A stretch of 46,508 bases of DNA from Desulfobacteria bacterium. GTDB lineage: Archaea; Halobacteriota; Syntropharchaeia; Alkanophagales; Methanospirareceae. Below are positions 38,515 to 46,508 of the stretch, piece by piece (positions within the stretch are counted from its first letter, which is position 1; every line of letters starts with the position of its first letter). Where the stretch lies: assembly GCA_035528755.1 (NCBI GenBank), contig DATKXZ010000009.1:1-46508 (forward strand). The letters are read 5' to 3'. The notes under the pieces were generated by a model that was not told the origin of the DNA, ran no database searches, and saw nothing but the letters and a program-made list of their open reading frames with translations. A program made the translations under genes and the position numbers.

Positions 38515-39755
38515 AACGTTCTTAATTCCCCCCTCGTCGCCTTCTTCGTGATCTCCGATACGCTCGAGAGCCCTTCGTCGATGATGCGCTGCACCTTCTT
38601 CTCCAGCCATTCCCTGTTCACACCGCTCAGCGGGATAATCTGCGCGGTTGCTACTTTTGGATCGTCTATCCGTCGACCGATCTCCGAGAGGATCTGGAGT
38701 CGTACTTCACGAATCCCATCGACGTTCTCAACGATCTCGCTGGCTATCCGATTGGCGAGCAAGTTGTAAATCTTCCCCGTGTGGTTCACCGGATTCTTTC
38801 CCGGGGTTGCCTCCAGGCTCATCGGTCTGTTGGGCGTAATAAGTCCGTTACACCGGTTACCACGGCCCGTCGCGCCGTCATCACCCATCTCCGCCGACGT
38901 GCCCGTCACCGTAAGATAAACCGATTTGGGCATGTCTGCCATGTTCACCAGCACGTTGACGTCGCATGCGGTATAGTCGTTCGCGACGCAGGTTATAAAC
39001 TCCTTTAACCGGTGCTTTGTCTCTATATAGTGATCGTAATCGTCCACGTATTTGGAGACGAACGCGTCACCCACTGTCAACGTTATCCTGTCTCGCTCAC
39101 GCAGTCCCATCACCTTCATGTCCTCGCCTATCGCCTTCTCCTTGTCTCTGAACTCCGCCATCACCTTCTCCTCGACATTGAGCACTATCGATTCCGTCTC
39201 GGAAAGCGGCGCATGCGCAACGCCAAAAGAGGTATCGTTCGCCATCGGCACACTCGGCTCTGCGTTCTCGTTCTCGTTCTCCTTCTCGCTCTTGTTACCC
39301 TTGAAGACCTCGATAAGATCCGAAGAACCTCCTCCCAACTTGCTATCCACGATCACGTGACTTTCGACGTCCAGGTTCCTGACGTTTCGTAAATACTCCT
39401 TCGCCGCACGGATGGCCACGATATCAACGGCGATTTCCTCGCCTTGAAACACGCGCGTTGCCCGTCCACCCAGCAGTATGTAGATTGGCGAAATGACCTC
39501 GCCGCCACCGTATCGCGGCTGTGATCTGCCGGCAGCGAGTTGCACTTTATCCGTGTTGTGATGCAGAATCACACCACACTTTTCCCGATATTCTCTACAC
39601 AGCGCTACACTCACCGCGTCTGCAATGCCGTCGCATAAGCTGTCAGGATGGCCGAGCCCCTTTCGCTCCACCATCTCTATCGCTTGCTCTTCAACAGGTT
39701 CCCTGCTCACGAACTCTACCTTTATGTTCTTCTCCATCGAATCCCGCATACCCAT
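38511..39755 (-). CDS. mat: Archaeal-type S-adenosylmethionine synthetase
   Basis: 414 aa. [18 protein letters not shown] and [17 protein letters not shown] are family motifs. It contains an acidic insertion [12 protein letters not shown] encoded by a (gagaac)x3 repeat at ~39262-39285. Confidence 0.9.
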   Translation of the reverse strand: MGMRDSMEKNIKVEFVSREPVEEQAIEMVERKGLGHPDSLCDGIADAVSVALCREYREKCGVILHHNTDKVQLAAGRSQPRYGGGEVISPIYILLGGRATRVFQGEEIAVDIVAIRAAKEYLRNVRNLDVESHVIVDSKLGGGSSDLIEVFKGNKSEKENENENAEPSVPMANDTSFGVAHAPLSETESIVLNVEEKVMAEFRDKEKAIGEDMKVMGLRERDRITLTVGDAFVSKYVDDYDHYIETKHRLKEFITCVANDYTACDVNVLVNMADMPKSVYLTVTGTSAEMGDDGATGRGNRCNGLITPNRPMSLEATPGKNPVNHTGKIYNLLANRIASEIVENVDGIREVRLQILSEIGRRIDDPKVATAQIIPLSGVNREWLEKKVQRIIDEGLSSVSEITKKATRGELRTF

Positions 39756-39818
39756 TTTTACGCCCTCTTACACTCTCTTTTATCGCAATAACCACCTAAG
39801 AATGAGTTTGTTTATCTA

Positions 39819-40337
39819 TTAAGTACCCTCTTCTTTTTTATAGAAAAGTTTATTGGGAATTATCGCGCTGTTACCCGTAGGATCTTCGATTATTAACGTC
39901 ATACTCGCTTTACCCAACTTTATTTCTGATATCTGCTTCAGAACCTCATCTGCACGCTCCTTGCTCGCGCCATCTCTGGCCAGCATCATCAACACGTTCT
40001 CCACACGCTTCAGCACGCCCTCTACCGTGGATATAAAAGCTTCTCCGCGCTTCGGCTCCACGCTTACGCCCAACTCCGGGATCTCAATGGTTCCGGACGA
40101 AGACCGCACGACGATTGCATTAACATCCTCCGTCGACGAAACCACCAGCTCGCATCGTTTCTCCTTCGCTTCCGCGAGCGTCAGTACGTCGGTAGCGTGA
40201 TAGCCACACGAGGGGCAAACCAAGGTAAATATCATCACTTCACCGAAGAAGGGAATGTCGTAGGGTACAACCTGTGATTCGCTTTCTGCCCCACAGAGTG
40301 GACAAGTCTCTTTCACGGCACGGTAACTCCCCTGCAC
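39819..40337 (-). CDS. ZPR1-type zinc-finger protein
   Basis: 172 aa. The motif is CPLCGAES....VPYDIPFFGEVMIFTLVCPSCGY. Confidence 0.85.
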   Translation of the reverse strand: MQGSYRAVKETCPLCGAESESQVVPYDIPFFGEVMIFTLVCPSCGYHATDVLTLAEAKEKRCELVVSSTEDVNAIVVRSSSGTIEIPELGVSVEPKRGEAFISTVEGVLKRVENVLMMLARDGASKERADEVLKQISEIKLGKASMTLIIEDPTGNSAIIPNKLFYKKEEGT

Positions 40338-40371
40338 AGCAGCCAGAAAGAAAGGAGGCTGCTACGCTACG

Positions 40372-40767
40372 CTACTTCCTGGTCAGCTTCTTCCGTTCGA
40401 TCTTAATGCCTAATGGCGCTACAATCACCTGGTCATCCGAGATGCCCGCGATGTCTCCGCCCACATCGAATGCCGCCATCTTCAAGTCTTTTATCGCCTT
40501 CTCTACCAGCACCTTGTCCTGCTTCGCCAGGGATATGTCCAGAATTAAGATATTACCTCCGTAGATCTCCTTCTTCAAATCGGGAATGTCATATAACCCT
40601 GTTAATTCCGCGAGTTTTATGTACATCCGTACGCCTTCTTCTTCCCTGAGCTCCTCTTCGTACTCCCCTAAGTCCAAGTCCTGATAATCATCCGCGTCAC
40701 TTATTCCCTCTTTCTTCACAAATAGCTTCTCAAAACCTTCTTTTAATCCCATTTTTCCCCCTCTCAC
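40372..40767 (-). CDS. sepF: Cell division protein SepF
   Basis: 131 aa. The start may be M6 at 40752. The C-terminal GGNILILDIS......AIKDLKMAAFDVGGDIAGISDDQVIVAP matches the SepF domain. Confidence 0.85.
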   Translation of the reverse strand: MRGGKMGLKEGFEKLFVKKEGISDADDYQDLDLGEYEEELREEEGVRMYIKLAELTGLYDIPDLKKEIYGGNILILDISLAKQDKVLVEKAIKDLKMAAFDVGGDIAGISDDQVIVAPLGIKIERKKLTRK

Positions 40768-40828
40768 TCATCATGCATGCATGAATAATCTATTTCTCGC
40801 TCTGACATTAAAGATATGGCCCGATCAA

Positions 40829-41224
40829 TTAAAAACTGTTGCATATATTGCATGACGTTCGAAATCGTGAGCGTTTTGGTTGAACGTCGTAGAAGTCGCC
40901 TGTTTCGCACACGGCCGTATAATCCCCTGCCTGGTGCCCAACCTCAGAACTGGCACAGTACCTATTCAGCAGCCGAAGAGCCGCTGACACCCGTAGAAGC
41001 AGCACGGATAATGACCTTCGAGCGGCGGAGATCTCACTTACGTTGAGAGGATTGTGGCGATCTCAGGGGGCAATCCACACCACACTGAACAGGCCCGCGC
41101 TGAAAAAGCGCGTTTGCTCGCATGCGGATACCAATGCTGTAATAGTGCTCTCAGGGATTAGAGAGATGCGTTCGTTCTCTCCGGTACAACTGACAGAGCC
41201 GTTGTATCGTTTGATGACCTTCAT
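40829..41224 (-). other. 131-codon reading frame with one in-frame TGA (41063-41065): a possible pseudogene or recoded gene, and possibly not coding at all
   Basis: I translated the minus strand base by base: MKVIKRYNGSVSCTGENERISLIPESTITALVSACEQTRFFSAGLFSVVWIAP-TGA-DRHNPLNVSEISAARRSLSVLLLRVSAALRLLNRYCASSEVGHQAGDYTAVCETGDFYDVQPKRSRFRTSCNICNSF*. I do not recognise any family. Confidence 0.25.
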
Positions 41225-41413
41225 AAAAAAGAAGAACGGATAGCTGGCGGGTGGGTCACCGGATTACCGGCCAGAGATCGGGTGCTGCGCGTTACGTTAG
41301 AATCGAAGATTCATAGAATTGTGCTTACAACCTTTATATAGTGGTAATTGAAACATATAGCATAGAGAGGTAGATAAGAGAGAGGTTTAGACTTTTTTCT
41401 TGAATAGAAAAGA

Positions 41414-42613
41414 ATGGAATATTTTAGAAAGCTAGGTATTATTGAGCCTATTTTGAAATCAATAGAAGATGAACAGTTTGAAAAGCCAACAGAGATACAG
41501 GAGAAGTCGATTCCGTTAATTCTTACGGGAGAGGATGTTATCGCGGGCGCGGCAACGGGTTCTGGAAAGACGCTTGCCTTTGCAGCGGACATCATCCAGA
41601 AAGCTAAGAAAGGAGATGGAATTCAGGCGTTGGTATTAACGCCAACACGGGAACTGGCACAGCAAGTGGCTGCTGCGTTAAGGGTTTTTTCGAAGTACAA
41701 GCCGTTAAAGATCATTGCGATTTTTGGCGGGTTGTCGATCAATCCACAAATGGAGCAGTTAAGGACAGCGGATGTGGTTGTAGGAACCCCAGGTAGGATT
41801 TTAGACCATATAGGAAGAAGGACAATCAATTTACGCTCGGTGAACACACTGGTGTTAGATGAAGCGGACAGAATGCTGGATATGGGCTTTATCGATGATG
41901 TGAAGCAGATAATACGAGAGTGCCCGCGAGAGCGGCAGACGCTCTTGTTTTCCGCGACCATTCCACGAGAGATAGCGCAGCTCGCGCAGAGATATATGAG
42001 GGCGCCTGTTGAAGTTGCTGCAGAACCGTATGTCGATCCGACAAAGTTAACGCAGTTTTACTATGACGTCCCTGACAATCTGAAATTCTCGTTGTTAGTC
42101 CATTTATTGAAGCATGAAAAGGCGGGGCTGGTTATGGTCTTCTGCAATACGCGGAAGAATACAGACTTTGTGGCCAACAACCTCAAAGCTGCGGGAATCG
42201 ATGCGCTGGCCATTCATGGCGGATTGACTCAGGATAAGAGAGATAGGGTAATGCAGCGATTTCATGCTCAGAACGTCTGTGTTCTTGTCTGCACCGATGT
42301 CGCCGCACGAGGTCTAGATATCCCTGGTGTGTCGCATATTTACAATTACGACATTCCGAAGGACAGCAATGATTATATTCATCGGATAGGGAGAACGGCA
42401 CGAGCAGGGGAAGAAGGGAGAGCAATTAATATCCTCGCAAGCAGGGATCACGATAGTTTCAGACGCGTCATGAGACTCAGGGATGTCACGATAACTGAAG
42501 AACGACTCCCCGATGTAAAGAAAGTAGGAATAAAGTGGAAAGAACAGCCACAAAGAAAAACGATGAGACCACGAGGGCGTGCGGCGTATAGGGGTAGGGC
42601 AAGCTATTTTTAA
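41414..42613 (+). CDS. DEAD-box ATP-dependent RNA helicase
   Basis: 399 aa. It has a Q-motif region, AATGSGKTLAF, DEAD, SAT and HRIGRTARAG, plus a basic C-terminal tail. A TATA-like tttatata lies at ~41333-41340. Confidence 0.92.
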   Translation: MEYFRKLGIIEPILKSIEDEQFEKPTEIQEKSIPLILTGEDVIAGAATGSGKTLAFAADIIQKAKKGDGIQALVLTPTRELAQQVAAALRVFSKYKPLKIIAIFGGLSINPQMEQLRTADVVVGTPGRILDHIGRRTINLRSVNTLVLDEADRMLDMGFIDDVKQIIRECPRERQTLLFSATIPREIAQLAQRYMRAPVEVAAEPYVDPTKLTQFYYDVPDNLKFSLLVHLLKHEKAGLVMVFCNTRKNTDFVANNLKAAGIDALAIHGGLTQDKRDRVMQRFHAQNVCVLVCTDVAARGLDIPGVSHIYNYDIPKDSNDYIHRIGRTARAGEEGRAINILASRDHDSFRRVMRLRDVTITEERLPDVKKVGIKWKEQPQRKTMRPRGRAAYRGRASYF

Positions 42614-42673
42614 GCCACCGCTCGTACTTGCCCCCTATACTTTTTGGGGGCATATCCCCCGGTTTTCCGTTTT

Positions 42674-43837
42674 TCACAGATCTCGGTAGTCCGAAATTAC
42701 TATTCGCAGCTCGTTCGCGTTGGCTGCTTCACGTAGTACGGACTCGATCTCATGGCGATCTTGTGGGTCATTGATATATCTTACAGAATCGCCATACCCA
42801 CTCACGATACGTTCAAGTGTACCTTCTGGAATAGGCTGCCCGCCGGTTGTCTCTGTTTTGCCGTTATAAAATAGTACTATCTTCAGCGGGATCTTTCGTT
42901 GCACCGCTTCCGGCAGACCCAGGTGTCCCGCAGCGATGAAAGAGAAGTCGCCGGTTAATGCCCAGACATCATGATAGCCCGCCAAATACGCGCCGATTGC
43001 AAGCGGGATGCTGCCGCCCATATACGTCGTTATATCAACGCAGTTGTACGGTGGAAAAGCGAACAGGCTTGACACCCCGGTATCTCCGATCACTATTTTG
43101 CCCCGGATAGATTGGAATACCGCAAACAACCGAACGTACGATTCAGCAACCGTTTTCCAGTGCCCGGGTAGCGAATCGGGGATTATAGGCGCTGCAGGTT
43201 TTGGCAGCTTCGTCCAATCGCCATCCTGCCGTTTGGCGCGAAGTACTTCGTGCTGATACTCGCTAAAGAACGGGCACAGCACATGCTGCGTGATCTCCCT
43301 CCTGTACGGAATACGTTCGTTACGGCCGTCGCTCGAATCCGTGTCCGATAGAAGGTCTAAATCACCGGACTCGACGACAAGCGCATACGGGAGTTGATAT
43401 CTTTCTGAGTGCTCGAAACAGCCAACAACATCCTGATAGATAGTTTCGGGATCTCCTGATCGATAAGGAATGCCGATTCCGTCAAGGTACGCAGCAATGT
43501 CAATTATACTGTCCGAATGTGCGCCTTCTTTGTCATCGAAAATAACGGTGACGAATCCCGCGGTGGTGCCTGCGTACAACGAATCTATAACGCTGTTGCC
43601 CGCTTTCACGAACCCGTGTGCTTTCATCAAGCTCGACGCTCGTACGCCAGCCAAGCTCGCACCGTGCGCAATGGAATAGGCAACCTCTTCGTTAAAAGAG
43701 ATCGGATGCTTCCGGTTAGTGATTTCGCAGAACTTAGAGAAGACCTCAGTGCCACCAGAACCGGGAACGCACGTGCTAACGGCAACACCGGCATCATAGA
43801 GTGCCTGAGCAACGATCTCTGATAGCTTCTTTTTCAT
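42674..43837 (-). CDS. Thiamine-pyrophosphate enzyme resembling the alpha subunit of indolepyruvate:ferredoxin oxidoreductase (short form)
   Basis: The track ORF is 432 aa. I prefer M46 (MKKKLSEIVAQALYDAGV, ATG at 43837). MKAHGFVKAGNSVIDSLYAGTTAGFVTVIFDDKEGAHSD parallels the IorA MKHVGLNVA...DDPG.HSS motif. The C-terminal GDTG....GGSIPLAIG is a TPP-binding region. There is no ferredoxin domain and no iorB nearby. Confidence 0.6.
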   Translation of the reverse strand: MKKKLSEIVAQALYDAGVAVSTCVPGSGGTEVFSKFCEITNRKHPISFNEEVAYSIAHGASLAGVRASSLMKAHGFVKAGNSVIDSLYAGTTAGFVTVIFDDKEGAHSDSIIDIAAYLDGIGIPYRSGDPETIYQDVVGCFEHSERYQLPYALVVESGDLDLLSDTDSSDGRNERIPYRREITQHVLCPFFSEYQHEVLRAKRQDGDWTKLPKPAAPIIPDSLPGHWKTVAESYVRLFAVFQSIRGKIVIGDTGVSSLFAFPPYNCVDITTYMGGSIPLAIGAYLAGYHDVWALTGDFSFIAAGHLGLPEAVQRKIPLKIVLFYNGKTETTGGQPIPEGTLERIVSGYGDSVRYINDPQDRHEIESVLREAANANELRIVISDYRDL

Positions 43838-43946
43838 GGCGTGACCTCTCTCCGTGCTTTTATGATGGCCCTTGCGGATATAAAAAAAGAAGCTTTCTCG
43901 TCTTGAATAGGAACTGCGGTCACAAAAGCGTATGGAACGCAGGTCA

Positions 43947-44339
43947 TTAGTTTGCCCGCCTGTTGTATACAAACTGAATTACTGAGCCGATCAGACTCCA
44001 GAGGATAATCGAGACAACAACATAGACCTGTGGGATTCGAAGGATCCAGGGGATAGTGTAATGCGCCTGCGGTGAGCTTATATCTCCAAGGTACAGGGTG
44101 GATAAGTGATAAACCTCGTCACCAAGGAACGCGGTAAAGTAATTAATGATGACTGCCAAGTCACCAGGCCATGCCCAGGCAACCAGGAATCCGGTTACAG
44201 TCCCGAACAGTAAAAAGCTCAGGCTAATTCGCTTTTCCGGTGAAATTCCCAGCGTACCGAGACCCGTAAAGATACCAAAAATCGCGAGTCCATAAAGTGC
44301 TGAGAGAACAAGAAGCTGTACTATAGCGTCGTAAATCAT
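43947..44339 (-). CDS. Hypothetical integral membrane protein (about 4 TM segments)
   Basis: 130-aa hydrophobic ORF. I do not recognise a family. Confidence 0.55.
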   Translation of the reverse strand: MIYDAIVQLLVLSALYGLAIFGIFTGLGTLGISPEKRISLSFLLFGTVTGFLVAWAWPGDLAVIINYFTAFLGDEVYHLSTLYLGDISSPQAHYTIPWILRIPQVYVVVSIILWSLIGSVIQFVYNRRAN

Positions 44340-44515
44340 GGTTATATTATTTATTTTCTGTTAAGTTGAATTTTAAGCATTCTGACGTGACCTTTTTGGC
44401 AACCGGCTCGCGTTTGAGAGAAGTTCGTCTATTAGTGATTTGAGCAGCGTAGCACGTTCTATATGCTTGAATATCAAGGCTATGTCAAGGCTACGTAATC
44501 GCGTGCCTGAGGGAT

Positions 44516-45037
44516 TTAAATTGCCGAATCAAACGGCGGACTGTACTTCACCACGCCGCGTACGTTCTTCAACGCACCGGGAACAAGCTCAAGCACCATA
44601 AACGCTTCGTCAGGCACTTCAAATGGCGCCTTTATGCCACAGTCGCGCGCAGGCCTGAACCCGAACCGGGGATAGTACTCAGGATGCCCAACCACGATCA
44701 CGATCGAATAGCCGAGCTTTTTACATGCTGCCAACCCGTGCTGAACTAACAGAGTACCAATACCGCTGTTCTGGCATTCGGTGAGAACGGCCATGGGGGC
44801 AAGTGCTAACGCCTCTACTGAAGTTTCAGGCGATTCGATTTTTACTGGACTAAAAAGGATATGGCCGACTGTTTGAGTATTATCGTCTAAGGCCACAAGG
44901 GATAATTCGGGGATGAAATAGTCTGAAGTACGAATAGCCGCGATTAAGTTCGCTTCCTCCTCGCCCTGAAAAGCGCGGGTGGTTACGTTTTCGATGCTTG
45001 CGATATCTTCCGGTTTTTCTGGTCTGATATGGATCAT
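44516..45037 (-). CDS. GNAT-family N-acetyltransferase
   Basis: The track ORF starts at 45076. M14 (MIHIRPEKPEDIASI, ATG at 45037) is the likely start and coincides with the end of the direct repeat. QNSGIGTLLV is the acetyl-CoA binding motif. Confidence 0.85.
   Translation of the reverse strand: MIHIRPEKPEDIASIENVTTRAFQGEEEANLIAAIRTSDYFIPELSLVALDDNTQTVGHILFSPVKIESPETSVEALALAPMAVLTECQNSGIGTLLVQHGLAACKKLGYSIVIVVGHPEYYPRFGFRPARDCGIKAPFEVPDEAFMVLELVPGALKNVRGVVKYSPPFDSAI
44889..45037. repeat. Direct repeat copy 1 (5' end of the intact GNAT gene)
   Basis: 44910-45037 equals 45602-45729 (128 nt) with a single mismatch (ggtCtgat versus ggtTtgat), counted by eye. The adjacent 21 nt (44889-44909 versus 45581-45601) still encode the same PELSLVA peptide but differ at 7 synonymous positions. 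Confidence 0.9.
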
Positions 45038-45072
45038 TGTTACAAAAAAGAGGGCTAATACTACGCTAATTT

Positions 45073-45329
45073 TCACCGAGCATATACCTTACTCCGCCTA
45101 TCGAGCTTTAGTATAACAACCCTCTTCTGATCCTCGTTTATTTCATACAACATGCGGTACGCACCCAGCCTGATTCTGTAAAGATTGGTCTCTCCACGGA
45201 TTTTTCGATAGGGGTGAGAAAAAGGGTTGCTTTTCATATCCTCTATAACAGTTCTCAAGTTCTCTCTGTGAGCCCTCGGCAGTTCTCCTACGACTTCGCA
45301 GCCTTTCGGGCGAATACAATGTCATACAT
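45073..45329 (-). pseudogene. relE: RelE/ParE-family toxin gene interrupted by a frameshift after codon ~12
   Basis: My own translation: the ATG at 45329 gives MYDIVFARKAAKS* (stop at 45288-45290). The -1 frame continues VVGELPRAHRENLRTVIEDMKSNPFSHPYRKIRGETNLYRIRLGAYRMLYEINEDQKRVVILKLDRRSKVYAR*, which the track reports as 45073..45258 from a TTG. Joined, the two parts give a typical ~85-aa RelE. Confidence 0.75.
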
Positions 45330-45528
45330 TATCTTCGTCCCCGAAGACCTCGTCGAAATGAAGATATTCTCCTGCTTCTATCTCTTTCTGGAGCGCCTCG
45401 ACCTCATTCTGCTCGTCCTTGTCCAACTCCTCAAAGCCGAGAAAGTTATCGATTTTGGCATTAAGCTTCTGTAATAGACTCTCAATACGATCGATTTTCT
45501 CCATCAGGGCCTCAGACATTTTTTTCAC
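45322..45528 (-). CDS. Putative antitoxin (acidic coiled-coil, 68 aa) paired with the relE-like gene
   Basis: Its stop (45322-45324) overlaps the toxin ATG region (aatgtatga), the typical TA gene arrangement. I do not recognise the family by eye. Confidence 0.6.
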   Translation of the reverse strand: MKKMSEALMEKIDRIESLLQKLNAKIDNFLGFEELDKDEQNEVEALQKEIEAGEYLHFDEVFGDEDNV

Positions 45529-45580
45529 TTAAAGTAACTACTACTCAACAGTATTTAAAATTACCCGAGATCTTTTCTGA

Positions 45581-45729
45581 GCGGCTACTAAAGATAGCTC
45601 AGGGATGAAATAGTCTGAAGTACGAATAGCCGCGATTAAGTTCGCTTCCTCCTCGCCCTGAAAAGCGCGGGTGGTTACGTTTTCGATGCTTGCGATATCT
45701 TCCGGTTTTTCTGGTTTGATATGGATCAT
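45581..45729 (-). pseudogene. Truncated 5' fragment of a GNAT gene (direct repeat copy 2)
   Basis: It encodes MIHIKPEKPEDIASIENVTTRAFQGEEEANLIAAIRTSDYFIPELSLVA, then runs into unrelated sequence (AQKRSRVILNTVE*). The track ORF 45541..45789 is this fragment with an artificial N-terminal extension. Confidence 0.85.
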
Positions 45730-45758
45730 ACATCTTTCATAATCTGCCGTAAAACTTC

Positions 45759-46316
45759 TTAATCTGCCTCTATTATTTGAATATCCCAAATGAAGCCCTC
45801 AGTGTTATTCTTTCCAGTATAATAGTTAACTATCCCATGATATTTTCTCTTATTTTTTGGATTGTTAATTTCCCAATAATCTAGCATTATCTGCATAAGG
45901 AATCCATCACTTTCAGAAATATTGTTCATGATTTCCGACGCGGGTATAGAAATTTTTTCGTTCTTTTGTGTAGGAAAGACAAAATATGTTATATTTATAT
46001 CTTCAGCTAGATCTTTTCTCCCCAATTCTGTAAAAGGCGTCTGATAAAAAATTATATCTCCTCTTTTAAATTCTATTGCTGCTGGAAGTTTCCCACTATT
46101 CTCTAGAACTACCCCTATAGATGAAGTGCCACTATCAACGAGAATGTCTGAAACAAAAACAAAAGGTCGATTATTTGCTTCAAAGTCATTTTTCATTGTT
46201 GAAGCCATTTTATGTGTAGAGACAGCATAATACATAGTAACACCTACTAAAGCAAGCACTAGGATGACTTGGATTTGTTTATCATTATTACCAATCCAAT
46301 TCCAAACTTTCCTCAT
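45759..46316 (-). CDS. Hypothetical N-terminally membrane-anchored protein in AT-rich DNA
   Basis: 185-aa ORF with one TM segment (IQVILVLALVGVTMYYAV) followed by a beta-rich domain. I do not recognise a family. Confidence 0.5.
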   Translation of the reverse strand: MRKVWNWIGNNDKQIQVILVLALVGVTMYYAVSTHKMASTMKNDFEANNRPFVFVSDILVDSGTSSIGVVLENSGKLPAAIEFKRGDIIFYQTPFTELGRKDLAEDINITYFVFPTQKNEKISIPASEIMNNISESDGFLMQIMLDYWEINNPKNKRKYHGIVNYYTGKNNTEGFIWDIQIIEAD

Positions 46317-46508
46317 TTGTTAAACAACATCTAAGCTATCGTGAACATATATAGTTTCGCATGCTCCCGAGGCTGTCCAACAATTATCTACGAATCGATA
46401 GAATACACTTAGATCTAAAGCTCACTTGCTATCCTTCCAGCTTGTGTTAACGTGTCTATGAATTATTGGACGTGCAAAAACCGGTTGATTTTTATATTAG
46501 TGGTTCAT

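Noticed and set aside
39262-39285. A (gagaac)x3 microsatellite inside the SAM synthetase gene encoding ENENEN.
   Set aside because: It is real but lies in-frame within a surface-loop insertion. It probably reflects simple slippage variation and is not a distinct feature.
40816-41300. Possible RNase P RNA or SRP (7S) RNA in the gene-free GC-rich region.
   Set aside because: I searched both strands by eye for the RNase P CR-I motif (GAGGAAAGUCC) and for the SRP helix-8 motif (GGAAGGGAGCA-like) and found neither. An Infernal scan is still needed to exclude other ncRNAs.
45143-45325. A 60-aa minus-strand ORF (MTLYSPERLRSRRR...).
   Set aside because: It is an out-of-frame reading across the relE-like gene. 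The RelE sequence is recovered from the other two frames.

Overview
This window looks like a chromosomal segment of a methanogenic or methanotrophic euryarchaeon. The supporting genes are ycaO-tfuA (McrA thioamidation type), two tandem purP genes, archaeal riboflavin synthase, archaeal-type SAM synthetase, SepF, ZPR1, a PGF-CTERM surface protein and a tRNA-Leu without encoded CCA. Most of the window is GC-richer housekeeping DNA covering purine, riboflavin, thiamine and cobamide biosynthesis, DNA repair (nfo, ligA, polX), uS2 and a DEAD-box helicase. Several accessory insertions are visibly more AT-rich by eye; no composition was computed.

1. 31.7-36.75 kb: an island between ligA and polX. 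It carries a long prokaryotic Argonaute preceded by a Cas4-like 4-Cys PD-(D/E)xK nuclease. A convergent pair (helical protein plus HExxH...ExxAD metalloprotease-like protein) ends 6 nt from the pAgo stop. This is my top candidate for an uncharacterised defence system.
2. 20.6-22.2 kb: a translationally coupled ABC-type ATPase plus DUF4276 (TOPRIM-like) cassette inserted between ribC and ribH.
3. 0.16-1.6 kb: a protein with a TIR-like domain fused to TPR repeats.
4. 1.6-2.36 kb: a hicBA cassette bracketed by diverged direct repeats of the 3' end of a neighbouring small gene. The hicA frame has no start codon.
5. 44.9-45.73 kb: a relBE-like cassette bracketed by direct repeats of the 5' end of a GNAT gene. 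The relE frame is broken by a frameshift.

A 650-bp apparently gene-free region (40.77-41.41 kb) contains a 131-codon minus-strand frame interrupted by a single in-frame TGA. I found no rRNA, CRISPR array, transposase or integrase.
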